DNA of 64,000 nt from an uncultured Bacilli bacterium. GTDB taxonomy: Bacteria; Bacillota_I; Bacilli_A; RF39; UBA660. A program made the translations under genes and the position numbers. Each line of letters starts with the position of its first letter. Position 1 is the first letter of the stretch. The notes under the pieces were generated by a model, which was given only the letters and a program-made list of their open reading frames with translations, did not search any database and had not been told where the DNA came from. Shown here piece after piece: positions 29,018 through 39,283 of the stretch. Location: positions 9,281 through 73,280 of the forward strand of contig CALVON010000022.1 of the NCBI GenBank assembly GCA_944350315.1, given 5' to 3'.

Positions 29018-30640
29018 CTACATTTGCTCTCTAGGTATTATACCAATTAAATTTAGTGAATTGTTAATAACTATTTTTATGGCTTTAAGTAAAGCCATTC
29101 TTTCTTCTGTATATTCTTCATTTTCTGTAATGAACTTTTCTGTTGTATAATATGAATGAAAAATAGTTGTTAATTCATAGACGTAATTACTAATAATATG
29201 AGGCTGTTGCTTTTCGGCAGCTGAAATAACTACATCTGTAAACATTAATAATTTATTCATAATAGTATATGCTAAAGGATTAGTTATGGTTTGGTAATTA
29301 TCTTTAATTTTTACTTCTTTTTTATAGTTTTTTAAGATTGAAGTTATCCTAGCATTAGCATATTCTATATAATAAACAGGATTATCATTACTATTTTTAA
29401 TTGCTAATGATAAATCAAAGTCTATTTGAGTATCTAAACTTTTTGATGCAAAAAAGTATCTTGCGGCATTTATTCCTACTTCTTCGATTAAATCATTTAA
29501 TGTTATTGTTTTTCCTGTACGTTTACTTATTTTTATTTCTTCACCATCTTTTAGTAATCTGACCATTTGTAATATCTTAATATCAAGAATATTACTATTG
29601 TATCCAAGTATTTCTAATGATCCTTTTAAACGATTTATATATCCGTGGTGGTCTGCTCCAAAAACATCAATTAGTTTTTCATATCCTCTCTCTATTTTGT
29701 CAACATGATATGCTATATCAGGTAAAAGATAGGTATAATTTCCATCATTTTTAACAATAACTCTATCTTTTTCGTCTCCATAATTGGATGTTTTTAGCCA
29801 CAATGCATTATCTTCTACATAGCATTCATTATTTTTCTTAAATGAATTTAATATTTTTTCTATTAGACCTTTATCGTATAATGATTTTTCACTAGTAAAG
29901 ACATCAAAATTGACTCTAAATTTGTCTAAATCTTGCTTTATTTGATGCATTAAAATTTTTAGTCCTTCTTCTTTAAAATAATTAATGCTTTCTTCTAATT
30001 TTTTATCATTATATTGATCATATATTTTTTTTGCTATATTTATAATTTCTTTTCCATGATAACCATCTTCGGGAATATTAAAATCAAGATGACATATTTC
30101 TTTATATCTTTCTTTAATTGATATCCCTAAGTTGTTCATTTGATTTCCAGCATCATTAATATAATATTCTCTAGTTACGTCATAGCCACATAGTGACATA
30201 ATTCTTGATAAATTATCTCCATAACAAGCTCCTCTTCCATGTCCTATATGAAGAATTCCAGTTGGATTAGCACTAACATACTCAATATTTACTTTTAATT
30301 TTTTTCCAGTATCATTTTGCCCATATTGTTTATCTTCTTGAATTATTTTATTAATTTCTTTGTATAATCTTTCTTTTTTTAAATAAAAATTTATAAACCC
30401 TGGTGGGGCTATTTCTATATCTTCAAAAATATCATTTTTAATATTTTCTTTTATTTTTTTTGCTATTTCAATTGGAGATTCTCTTAGTTTTTTGGCTAAC
30501 ATTAATGATATATTTGTTGAATAGTTTCCAAATTCTTCTTTTTTAGGTATTTCTATTACTATGTTTTCTAAACTTTCTTCTATATCAATATTTGCCAAAC
30601 CTTCTTTTATTATTTGTTGTATTTCTTTTTTTATACTCAT
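29018..30640 (-). CDS. argS: Arginine--tRNA ligase
   Basis: 540 aa. Class I HIGH motif (SANPTGILHIGHGR) and ArgS-type N- and C-terminal (DALR) domains. Confidence 0.9.
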   Translation of the reverse strand: MSIKKEIQQIIKEGLANIDIEESLENIVIEIPKKEEFGNYSTNISLMLAKKLRESPIEIAKKIKENIKNDIFEDIEIAPPGFINFYLKKERLYKEINKIIQEDKQYGQNDTGKKLKVNIEYVSANPTGILHIGHGRGACYGDNLSRIMSLCGYDVTREYYINDAGNQMNNLGISIKERYKEICHLDFNIPEDGYHGKEIINIAKKIYDQYNDKKLEESINYFKEEGLKILMHQIKQDLDKFRVNFDVFTSEKSLYDKGLIEKILNSFKKNNECYVEDNALWLKTSNYGDEKDRVIVKNDGNYTYLLPDIAYHVDKIERGYEKLIDVFGADHHGYINRLKGSLEILGYNSNILDIKILQMVRLLKDGEEIKISKRTGKTITLNDLIEEVGINAARYFFASKSLDTQIDFDLSLAIKNSNDNPVYYIEYANARITSILKNYKKEVKIKDNYQTITNPLAYTIMNKLLMFTDVVISAAEKQQPHIISNYVYELTTIFHSYYTTEKFITENEEYTEERMALLKAIKIVINNSLNLIGIIPREQM

Positions 30641-31029
30641 TACTTATCACTCATTTCTAAAAGATATATATAGGTGTTTTCTGATCCTTCTATTTTATAT
30701 GTTATTTTTATGTAGTTATCTTTTATAATCATTTCTGTTGTTTTTATATCTATATAGATGCTATATTTAAAATTTTTTAAATAATATTCTGTTTTATTTA
30801 CTTTATTTAATTGATACTTTATAACATGCTTTATTTCTTCGTTTTCTCTTATCATATTTATTGTTTCTTGTTTTATTTCTATATTTATTTTGTCATTGTC
30901 AACAATATAACTAATTTTGTTATTTTTTTGCAAACCATAAGTATCAATATTAATTTTCGTTTTATCAGTTAAATTCTTTAAATATCCTGTTAGTTTTACT
31001 TTAATAAAAACACCTTCATAAGAATTCAT
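30640..31029 (-). CDS. DUF1934 (YwiB-like) protein
   Basis: 129-aa ORF directly upstream of argS with overlapping stop/start, as for ywiB-argS in Bacilli. Assignment rests mainly on synteny. Confidence 0.5.
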   Translation of the reverse strand: MNSYEGVFIKVKLTGYLKNLTDKTKINIDTYGLQKNNKISYIVDNDKINIEIKQETINMIRENEEIKHVIKYQLNKVNKTEYYLKNFKYSIYIDIKTTEMIIKDNYIKITYKIEGSENTYIYLLEMSDK

Positions 31030-31158
31030 TAGACATTATATCATAAGTTATATAAAAATAGAACTCATATTTTTATTTTTTTTAGAAATAATAAATATAG
31101 ATGTTATATGTATTAATAAATTATGCTTTTTCCTTTTATTGAAAGGTTGGTTAAATCT

Positions 31159-33123
31159 ATGAAAATATTAAAAAAAATAGGAAAGATTAGTATTATTTTA
31201 CTAGGAATATTTTTATTTGGAAATGTTTGTTTATATATTTATTGTCTAATAACTCCAAAAATTCAAATATCAAAAAATCAGTCTTATTATTTATATGATA
31301 ATAAAAATAATGAAATTTTTAATAATTATAGTTGGGTTTCTCTAGAAGAGATTAGTCCTTATTTGATTGATGCTACTTTATCTACTGAAGATAAACACTT
31401 TTATAATCATATTGGATTTGATTATTTAAGAATAGCTAAGGCTATTTTAAAAAATATTGCTTCTGGTAGTTTGTCAGAGGGCGCTTCTACCATAACGCAA
31501 CAATATGCTAAAAATTTATATTTAACTTATGATAAAACATGGAAAAGAAAAATTGAGGAAGCAATACTTGCCTTTGAGCTTGAAACACATTATACAAAAG
31601 ATGAAATTTTAGAAGGATATTTAAATACTATAAATTATGGTGGTGTTTTTGGTATTGAAAATGCTTCACAATATTATTTTAATAAATCTGCTAAGGATTT
31701 AAATTTGGCAGAAGCTTCAATGCTTGCGGGAATTCCTCAATCACCATCAAATTATTCACCTTTATATAATGAAGAATTAGCAAAAAAAAGGCAAAAAACA
31801 GTTTTAACTTTAATGTATAATAATGATAAAATAGATGAAGATGAACTTAATCAAGCTTATAATGAAAAATTAACTTATTCTGGAAATAAAAATTCAGAAA
31901 TTACTTCTGGGTTAATGTACTTTAAAGATGCTGTTTTAAATGAACTATTACAAATACCTAACATTCCTGATTCACTATTAACTACTGGTGGTATTAAAAT
32001 ATACACTACTTTAGATAGTACAGCTCAAGCTGTGTTGGAAAAGTCTATTGATGATAAGGATATGGGAGAGTTACAAATTGCAGCAATAATGATGAATCCA
32101 AATAATGGCGATGTCTTAGCTTTAGTTGGTGGGACTGATTACAATGCTAGTCAATTTAATCGGGCTATATCTGCTAAAAGACAAGTTGGCTCTACAATGA
32201 AACCTTTTTTATATTATGCTGCTTTAGAAAGTGGATTTACTTCAGCTTCTTCTTTTATTAGTGAAAAAACTACTTTTTCTTTTTCAAACAATAGTACTTA
32301 TACTCCGAAAAATTATAATGATAAATATGCCAATGGACCTTTATCTATGGGTGCTGCTATAGCTTATTCCGATAATATATATGCTATAAAAACACATTTA
32401 TTTTTGGGTGAAGAAAAATTAGTTTCAATTTCTAATAGACTAGGTATCGATAATAATCTTTCTGCTGTTCCTTCTTTGGCTCTTGGTACTGAGGAAATAA
32501 GCTTAATGAATATGGTTTCTGGATATTCTTCATTTGCTAACATGGGTAATAAAATCAATGGTCATTTAATCAAAAAAATTGAGGATAGTAAAGGAAATAT
32601 ATTATATGAATTTGAAGAAAAAAAGGTTAATATTTTGGATGAAAGTTTAGTTTATATTCTTAATGAGATGTTAACTTATACGTATGATCAAAGTTTTATT
32701 GACTATAATTATCCTACTTTAATCAGTTTAGCTCCAAGAATGAGTAATAAATATTCTGTTAAATCGGGAACGACTAATACTGATATGTGGATAATAGGTT
32801 ATAATAAAAATGCTGTACTTGGTGTATGGACTGGATATGATGATAACAGAAATTTTTCTAGTGAAGTATCAAATTTTCATAAAGATATTTGGATTGAAAC
32901 GATGGAAAATTATTTAAAAGACAAAGATAATACTTGGTATGATGCTCCAGATAATATAGTAGGGGTATTGGTAAATCCAATTACTGGGGAATTAATTGAT
33001 AATGAAGAAGAGAAGGGAAAAATATTTTATTTTTTAAGAGGTACTGAGCCTTATGTTGGAGATAAATATAACTTTGATTCTGTCTTTAATCAAAATGATA
33101 CCGATAACATAATTGAAAATTAA
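31159..33123 (+). CDS. Class A penicillin-binding protein (glycosyltransferase + transpeptidase)
   Basis: GT51 motifs (EDKHFYNHIGFD, GASTITQQYAKN). Transpeptidase motifs STMKP, SDN and KSGTT. N-terminal TM anchor. Start is the ATG at 31159 or upstream at 31123. Confidence 0.9.
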   Translation: MKILKKIGKISIILLGIFLFGNVCLYIYCLITPKIQISKNQSYYLYDNKNNEIFNNYSWVSLEEISPYLIDATLSTEDKHFYNHIGFDYLRIAKAILKNIASGSLSEGASTITQQYAKNLYLTYDKTWKRKIEEAILAFELETHYTKDEILEGYLNTINYGGVFGIENASQYYFNKSAKDLNLAEASMLAGIPQSPSNYSPLYNEELAKKRQKTVLTLMYNNDKIDEDELNQAYNEKLTYSGNKNSEITSGLMYFKDAVLNELLQIPNIPDSLLTTGGIKIYTTLDSTAQAVLEKSIDDKDMGELQIAAIMMNPNNGDVLALVGGTDYNASQFNRAISAKRQVGSTMKPFLYYAALESGFTSASSFISEKTTFSFSNNSTYTPKNYNDKYANGPLSMGAAIAYSDNIYAIKTHLFLGEEKLVSISNRLGIDNNLSAVPSLALGTEEISLMNMVSGYSSFANMGNKINGHLIKKIEDSKGNILYEFEEKKVNILDESLVYILNEMLTYTYDQSFIDYNYPTLISLAPRMSNKYSVKSGTTNTDMWIIGYNKNAVLGVWTGYDDNRNFSSEVSNFHKDIWIETMENYLKDKDNTWYDAPDNIVGVLVNPITGELIDNEEEKGKIFYFLRGTEPYVGDKYNFDSVFNQNDTDNIIEN

Positions 33124-33127
33124 TAAA

Positions 33128-33156
33128 AAAATATGTAATTATTAGTTACATATTTT
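33128..33156. terminator. Bidirectional terminator between convergent PBP and parB/noc-like genes
   Basis: AAATATGTAA-TTATTAG-TTACATATTT hairpin flanked by A and T runs. Confidence 0.55.
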
Positions 33157-34597
33157 ATAATTCTATTATAATACAGTGACCTGTATCATTATTATAAAGT
33201 TTATATTGAATTTGATTTTGATTTAAAAATTCTGTTACTTTAGTTAAATTATTTGTTGGTTCTTGTGTATTAGTTGTTACAGGAACTTCATAATTTGTTA
33301 AATCTGAAACTTGAGTCTGTGGTTCATTTTGATTTGGCTGTGTTTGAGTTTCAGATATAGAAAATAGTGGTGTATCTTGAACTATATTTTCTTGTATTGG
33401 TTGTTCTATGTTTGGCACATTTACAACTTCTTGGTTGAATAGCGGTGTATCTTGTGTACTTTGTTGTGAAGTATTTAAATTTTGATTAGCACTAACTTGT
33501 GAATTAATATCTTGATTTGACTGTTCTATATTTTGTTTTGGCATTTGATCCGCTTGATTTAAAGATGGTTCTTGTGGTGGTATAGTCTGTTGTGGTTCTT
33601 GTACTGAATTATTTACACCAATATTAAAATCTGGAATTGGATTTGTTGTAGAAAAATCAAATAATGGTTGTGTTTGTTCAATATTTTGCATAGATTGATT
33701 ATCTTGATTTTGTATGCCTGGTTGTGAAGACGGTTGCATAGGAGTTACATTTTGTGTCAATGATTCTCCTACTGGATTAGCCGTAGGCATTACTGTTTCA
33801 TTTATTGGTTGAGAATTAATACTTTGCATATTTAAAGTATTTAATGAGGCACTATTTGTTGGGTTCATTTGAGCATTATAGTTTGGAAAAAAGTTTCCAT
33901 TATTCATATTATCACTTTCCTTTTCTTCTTTTTTTGTTTCTTTACTACCAATTGAATTCATTATGTTACTAATAGTGGTTTCAATTGGAATTTTTTCATT
34001 ATTTTGTTTTTTAATAATTTCATTTAGTTCTTTAACAGATAATTTTTCATTAATTATTCTTTCTAACAATAATAATTTTTTTTCATTATCCAAAACACAT
34101 AATAGACTTCTAGCATGCCTTTCACTAATTTGTTGATTATTAAGCGCTTCTTTGATTTCTTTTGGTAATGTTAACAATCTTAATTTATTTGCTATTGTTG
34201 ATTGAGATTTTCCAATTTTATCTCCTAAATCTTTTTGTGTAACATTCGTAAGCTCTATTATTTGTTTAATAGATTCGGCTTCTTCAAGTGGGGTTAAATT
34301 TTCTCTTTGTAAATTTTCTATTAATGCCATTTCTGCCATTTTTATATCTTCAATATTCTTTATAATTGCCGGAACTTTTTTTAGGCCAATTTTTCTAGCA
34401 GCACGCCATCTTCTTTCTCCTGCTATTATTTCATATTTATCATTTGTTTTTCTTACTAATATTGGATTTATTATTCCATATTCTTTAATTGATTTAGCAA
34501 GACTATCTAATGATTCTTCATTAAATTCCTTCCTAGGTTGGTATTTATTTGGCATTAACTTATCTACATCGATTTCTATTATTTTTTCCTCTTGCAA
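33155..34597 (-). CDS. ParB/Noc-family CTP-switch DNA-binding protein with a Noc-type recognition helix and a long Q/N/P-rich C-terminal extension
   Basis: ParB N-domain boxes (YQPRK, GERRWRAA). HTH GKSQSTIANKLRLLTLP...ISERHARSLL. TTG start after AGAGGTGG, with an in-frame TAA 15 nt upstream. Residues ~215-450 are low complexity. The gene sits downstream of rsmG, the noc position in B. subtilis. Confidence 0.85.
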   Translation of the reverse strand: MQEEKIIEIDVDKLMPNKYQPRKEFNEESLDSLAKSIKEYGIINPILVRKTNDKYEIIAGERRWRAARKIGLKKVPAIIKNIEDIKMAEMALIENLQRENLTPLEEAESIKQIIELTNVTQKDLGDKIGKSQSTIANKLRLLTLPKEIKEALNNQQISERHARSLLCVLDNEKKLLLLERIINEKLSVKELNEIIKKQNNEKIPIETTISNIMNSIGSKETKKEEKESDNMNNGNFFPNYNAQMNPTNSASLNTLNMQSINSQPINETVMPTANPVGESLTQNVTPMQPSSQPGIQNQDNQSMQNIEQTQPLFDFSTTNPIPDFNIGVNNSVQEPQQTIPPQEPSLNQADQMPKQNIEQSNQDINSQVSANQNLNTSQQSTQDTPLFNQEVVNVPNIEQPIQENIVQDTPLFSISETQTQPNQNEPQTQVSDLTNYEVPVTTNTQEPTNNLTKVTEFLNQNQIQYKLYNNDTGHCIIIEL

Positions 34598-34691
34598 TAT
34601 ACCACCTCTTTATTCTATATATATAATACATTATATTTTTTTTTTTTTCAATGTTTTTTATATATTATTTTTTTATTGAACTATTTTTTGT

Positions 34692-35396
34692 CTACATTAT
34701 ATCATTTTTTTTGATTTGAGAATACTGTCTTGGGTACTTCTTTGCAGTAACATTATATTTTTCGACTTTGTATATTGTTCTTAAACTATTTTCAGATGGT
34801 AATTGAAATTGAATTATTGTTTCATTTTTTAATGATAATTTTTTGTAGTATTTATCAATATTCTTCATTTCATCAGTAATATTTGACTTTAAGGCAATAA
34901 ATGTGCCATTTACTTTTAACATAGGAATAGAGTATTCTAAAAGATGTTTTAATGGTGCTACTGCTCTTGATGTAACAATATCATATTTTTCACGATTTTC
35001 TTTAGAATAAACTTCTGCTCGTTTATTAATTATTTTTACTTTTTCTAATTGTAATTCTTCTACTATTTTTGTTAAAAATATACATTTTTTTGTTGTTGAA
35101 TCTAGTAAAGTAACATCTAATTTTGGAAAAAATATTTTTAAAACAATCCCTGGAAATCCAGCACCTGTTCCTACATCTATTAGTGATTGGTTATCTAAAT
35201 CAACTATTTTTGTTATAGTTAATGAATCAAAAAAATGTTTTAAAAAGACTTCTTTTTTATCTGTTATAGCTGTTAAGTTATATTTTTTATTCTCTGTATA
35301 TAGAATTTCATAGTATTTTTCTAATTTTTGAAGCATTTCTTCTGTGTATTTAATATTTAATTTTTTTATTTCATTAATAAATTGTTCTTTATTCAT
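34692..35396 (-). CDS. rsmG: 16S rRNA (guanine527-N7)-methyltransferase RsmG (GidB)
   Basis: SAM-binding motif DVGTGAGFPG. Synteny mnmE-mnmG-rsmG. Confidence 0.9.
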   Translation of the reverse strand: MNKEQFINEIKKLNIKYTEEMLQKLEKYYEILYTENKKYNLTAITDKKEVFLKHFFDSLTITKIVDLDNQSLIDVGTGAGFPGIVLKIFFPKLDVTLLDSTTKKCIFLTKIVEELQLEKVKIINKRAEVYSKENREKYDIVTSRAVAPLKHLLEYSIPMLKVNGTFIALKSNITDEMKNIDKYYKKLSLKNETIIQFQLPSENSLRTIYKVEKYNVTAKKYPRQYSQIKKNDIM

Positions 35397-37260
35397 TGTA
35401 TTTCTTCCTTAAATATACTAATAATATTGAAATATCCGATGGATTGACACCACTTATTCTTAGTGCTTGGCCAATTGTTGTTGGATTTATTTTTGATAAT
35501 TTTTGTCTCGCTTCACTTGCTAAATTGGGAATTAATTCATAGTTAATATCTTTTGGTATTTTCTTTTCTTCTTGTTTTAGCATTTTTTCGGCTTCTTTAT
35601 TTATTTTATTTATATAACCTGAATATTTTATTTCTATCTCTACTTGTTCCATTACATCATCTAGATATATTTCTTTAATAATATTTAATTTTTTTAAAAT
35701 GTTTATATCTATTTCTGTTCTTTTTAGTAAATCATATAACGTAATTGAATCTTTAATTGGAGCACTTTTTATTGCTTTTAACATACTATTAACATTTGTT
35801 GTAGGATTTAATTTATTTTCTTTTAAATACTTTGAAAATAAATCAATCTCTTTTAGTTTATGCTGAAATTTTTGATAACGTGGTTCTTTTATTAATCCTA
35901 CATCATAACCATATTTTGTTAATCTAATATCTGCATTATCATGTCTTAAAAGTAAACGATATTCTGCTCTTGAAGTTAACATTCTGTATGGTTCTGTTGT
36001 TCCTTTTGTTACTAAATCATCAATTAATACACCAATATAGGCTTCATTTCTTTTTAAAATCAATGGTTCTTTATTGTCGATTGCTAAGGCTGCGTTTATT
36101 CCCGCAATAATTCCTTGGCCAGCGGCTTCTTCATAACCACTTGTTCCATTTATTTGACCTGCTGTATATAAATTTTTTAGAATTTTAGTTTCTAGTGATC
36201 TAGTAACTTGAGTAGGGGAAATAGCATCGTATTCTATCGCATAAGCATATTTTGTAATAATTGCATTTTTCATTCCTGGTAATGAATGAACCATTTTTTC
36301 TTGAACATCTCTTGGCATGGATGTTGAAAATCCTTGGAGATACATATCGTCATAATAAATACTTTCTGGTTCAATAAATAATTGGTGTCTTTCTTTATCA
36401 GAAAATCTTACTATTTTATCTTCAATAGATGGACAATATCTTGGACCTACCGTTCCTTCTGTTACATAACCGCCGTACATAGCAGATTTATTTAAATTTT
36501 CTAAAATTATTTTCTTAGTTAAATCAGTAGTATAAATTAAATGACATGGTATCTGTTTATTCGTATCATAAGTCATTTGTTCTTCAGTATTAAAACAATA
36601 ACATTCTTTATCTCCTAATTCTTCTTTTGTTTCTAAGAAATTAATTGTTGATTTTTTAATTCTTTGAGGAGTTCCTGTTTTTAATCTTAAAATATTAAAA
36701 CCATATTGTTTTAATTTATCAGATAAATATAGAGATGGTTTTTCATCGTGGGGACCACTTCTTTTTCTTTCATCTCCAATTAATATATCTGATTTTAAAT
36801 ATGTTCCAGTAGTTAAAATTACTTTTTTACTTAATATTTTTGTATTGTCAAATAAAATAACACCCCGTACTTCTTTATTTTCAACAATTAAATCTTCTAC
36901 CATCGATTCTAATAATGTTAAATTTTCTTGATTTTCTAGTGTTTTTAACATTTCTTTGGGATATGTTACTTTATCGACTTGTGCTCTTAGTGATCTAACA
37001 GCAGGACCTTTGGATGAATTTAACATTTTCATTTGAAGAAACGTTTTATCTGCTATTTTTCCCATTTCGCCACCTAAAGCATCTATTTCACGAACGATAA
37101 TTCCTTTGGCAGATCCTCCAATAGATGGATTACATGGTAGACTTGCGACATTTTTTAAATTTGCAGTTATCAATAAAGTTTTTTTACCTATTCTTGCTGA
37201 TGCTAAAGCTGCTTCACATCCAGCATGACCAGCTCCTACTACAATTATATCATAATTCAT
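35389..37260 (-). CDS. mnmG: tRNA uridine 5-carboxymethylaminomethyl modification enzyme MnmG (GidA)
   Basis: FAD motif YDIIVVGAGHAGCEAA at the N-terminus. Start set at MNYDII (37260). Confidence 0.95.
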   Translation of the reverse strand: MNYDIIVVGAGHAGCEAALASARIGKKTLLITANLKNVASLPCNPSIGGSAKGIIVREIDALGGEMGKIADKTFLQMKMLNSSKGPAVRSLRAQVDKVTYPKEMLKTLENQENLTLLESMVEDLIVENKEVRGVILFDNTKILSKKVILTTGTYLKSDILIGDERKRSGPHDEKPSLYLSDKLKQYGFNILRLKTGTPQRIKKSTINFLETKEELGDKECYCFNTEEQMTYDTNKQIPCHLIYTTDLTKKIILENLNKSAMYGGYVTEGTVGPRYCPSIEDKIVRFSDKERHQLFIEPESIYYDDMYLQGFSTSMPRDVQEKMVHSLPGMKNAIITKYAYAIEYDAISPTQVTRSLETKILKNLYTAGQINGTSGYEEAAGQGIIAGINAALAIDNKEPLILKRNEAYIGVLIDDLVTKGTTEPYRMLTSRAEYRLLLRHDNADIRLTKYGYDVGLIKEPRYQKFQHKLKEIDLFSKYLKENKLNPTTNVNSMLKAIKSAPIKDSITLYDLLKRTEIDINILKKLNIIKEIYLDDVMEQVEIEIKYSGYINKINKEAEKMLKQEEKKIPKDINYELIPNLASEARQKLSKINPTTIGQALRISGVNPSDISILLVYLRKKYNE

Positions 37261-37268
37261 TTTATCAC

Positions 37269-38609
37269 TTACTTTCCTAAACAAAATCTAGAAAATATTT
37301 CATCTATTAATTCTTCTTTATAGGTTTTTCCAATTATTTCTCCTAAAATATTCCAACATTCTTTTAAATCTAATTCAATCATATCAATTGGATATTTTTT
37401 AATGTTATTAAGACTTTTTTCTATGCTTTCTTTAGATTTTTTTAATAATGAAATACTTCTAGCACTACTTAAATATGTTAAATCGTTTGTTTCTATTTGT
37501 TCTAAATTAAATATCTCTATTATTTTTTGTTTCAAACTTTCTAGTCCAATATTTTCTTTTATACTAATTTTGATAACTTCGTTTTCTGATATTTCTAGAT
37601 TATTTTTTAAATCTATTTTGTTTATTACAACTATATGTTTTTTATTTTTTATTTGATTTAAAATTTCTATGTCTTCTTTAGTTAATTTTTCATTATTATT
37701 TAATAAATATATTATTAAATCTGATTTCTTTATTATTTCATAACTTTTGTCTACTCCTATTTGTTCAACAATATTATCTGTTTTTCTTATTCCAGCTGTA
37801 TCAATTATATTACAGACTATTCCATTTAATATAAATTTTCCTTCGACAATATCTCTTGTTGTTCCTTCAATATCGGTAACAATTGCCTTATCTTCTTCAA
37901 TCAAATAATTTAAAAGGCTACTTTTTCCAACGTTTGGGCGTCCAATTATTCCTATATTTATACCTTCTTTAATAATTTTTCCTGATTCTGATTTTTTTAT
38001 TATTTCATCGATATTTTCTTGTATTTCTTTTAATTTTGGATATATTTTTTTATTTGTTAATACTTCAATATCTTCGTATTCAGGATAATCGATATTTACT
38101 TCGATGTTACTGATTATTTCTAATAATTTTTGGCGAAGGTTTTCAATAAGATTTGAAACATTTCCTGTTAATTGATTAATTGATAATTTTCTTCCTACCT
38201 CTGTTTTGGCTTCAATTAAATTCATTATTCCTTCTGCTTGTGTTAGATCAATGCGTCCATTTAAGAAGGCTCTTTTGGTAAATTCTCCTGGTTCTGCTAA
38301 TCTAGCACCATTTAATAATAATAGTTCTAAGACTTTATTTGTAGTAATTATCCCTCCATGACAATTTATTTCTACAACATTTTCTTTTGTGAATGTTTTT
38401 GGAGCTAACATTATACTTATTAAAACTTCATCAATTATTTGATTTTTATCAATTATATGACCGTAATGAATTGTATGAGTTTTAGCATCTTTTATATTTT
38501 TATCAAATATTTTATTAACTATTTTTATTGCTTCTGGACCACTTACTCTAATTATTGAAATAGCTCCTACACCTAAAGTTGTCGAAATGGCTGCAATTGT
38601 ATCTTCCAT
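37269..38609 (-). CDS. mnmE: tRNA modification GTPase MnmE (TrmE)
   Basis: G-domain motifs GRPNVGKSS and DTAG. C-terminal CLGK (CxGK) motif. Confidence 0.95.
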   Translation of the reverse strand: MEDTIAAISTTLGVGAISIIRVSGPEAIKIVNKIFDKNIKDAKTHTIHYGHIIDKNQIIDEVLISIMLAPKTFTKENVVEINCHGGIITTNKVLELLLLNGARLAEPGEFTKRAFLNGRIDLTQAEGIMNLIEAKTEVGRKLSINQLTGNVSNLIENLRQKLLEIISNIEVNIDYPEYEDIEVLTNKKIYPKLKEIQENIDEIIKKSESGKIIKEGINIGIIGRPNVGKSSLLNYLIEEDKAIVTDIEGTTRDIVEGKFILNGIVCNIIDTAGIRKTDNIVEQIGVDKSYEIIKKSDLIIYLLNNNEKLTKEDIEILNQIKNKKHIVVINKIDLKNNLEISENEVIKISIKENIGLESLKQKIIEIFNLEQIETNDLTYLSSARSISLLKKSKESIEKSLNNIKKYPIDMIELDLKECWNILGEIIGKTYKEELIDEIFSRFCLGK

Positions 38610-38674
38610 ATTTATTTACTCCTTTTAAATAATTTTTTAAATTTTATATAAAAAAGATATAATTTTTTATATCT

Positions 38675-39283
38675 TTATATTTCTTTTGGCTTGATAACGA
38701 CACATCTATTTGGTTCTTCGCCAGTAGATTCAGTATATACATATTTATTATCTGCTAAGACACTATGAACAATTCTTCTTTCATAAGAATTCATACTATC
38801 AAGTTTTGTTTCAAATTTTGTTCTAGCAACTTCTTTTGCAACTTTTTTTGCTAAGTATTCTATGTTATGAATTTTTTTATCTTTATAATTTTCTACATCA
38901 AGAACGATACTAACATAATGATTTATTTTATTATTAATGATTTGTCTAATAATTGTTTGAATTGCTTCTAATGTTTTACCATTTTTTCCAATTAATAGAG
39001 CATTGTGATCTGAAAATATTTTTATAGTAATATTTTCTTCTCTTCTTCTTATTTCTAAATTAGCGGTTAATCCCATAAGTTTAATTATTTCATTAACATT
39101 TTCTTTTATTTCATCAATTAAATCATTATAATCAATTACCTCTATTTTAACATTTTTTTTAATAATACTATTTTTTTCCTCTAATATATTGATTATCATA
39201 TTATTTTCTGATATTTTTAATTCTTTGGTTGCTTGTTCGATTGCTTCTTCTTTAGTCTTGCCATTATAAATATATTTTTTCAT
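38675..39283 (-). CDS. jag: Jag/KhpB RNA-binding protein (Jag_N, KH, R3H domains)
   Basis: Synteny downstream of yidC. KH-like IGKNGKTLEAIQ and R3H-like ERRIVHSVL motifs. Start at MKKYIY overlaps the yidC stop by 1 nt (TAATG). Confidence 0.85.
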   Translation of the reverse strand: MKKYIYNGKTKEEAIEQATKELKISENNMIINILEEKNSIIKKNVKIEVIDYNDLIDEIKENVNEIIKLMGLTANLEIRRREENITIKIFSDHNALLIGKNGKTLEAIQTIIRQIINNKINHYVSIVLDVENYKDKKIHNIEYLAKKVAKEVARTKFETKLDSMNSYERRIVHSVLADNKYVYTESTGEEPNRCVVIKPKEI

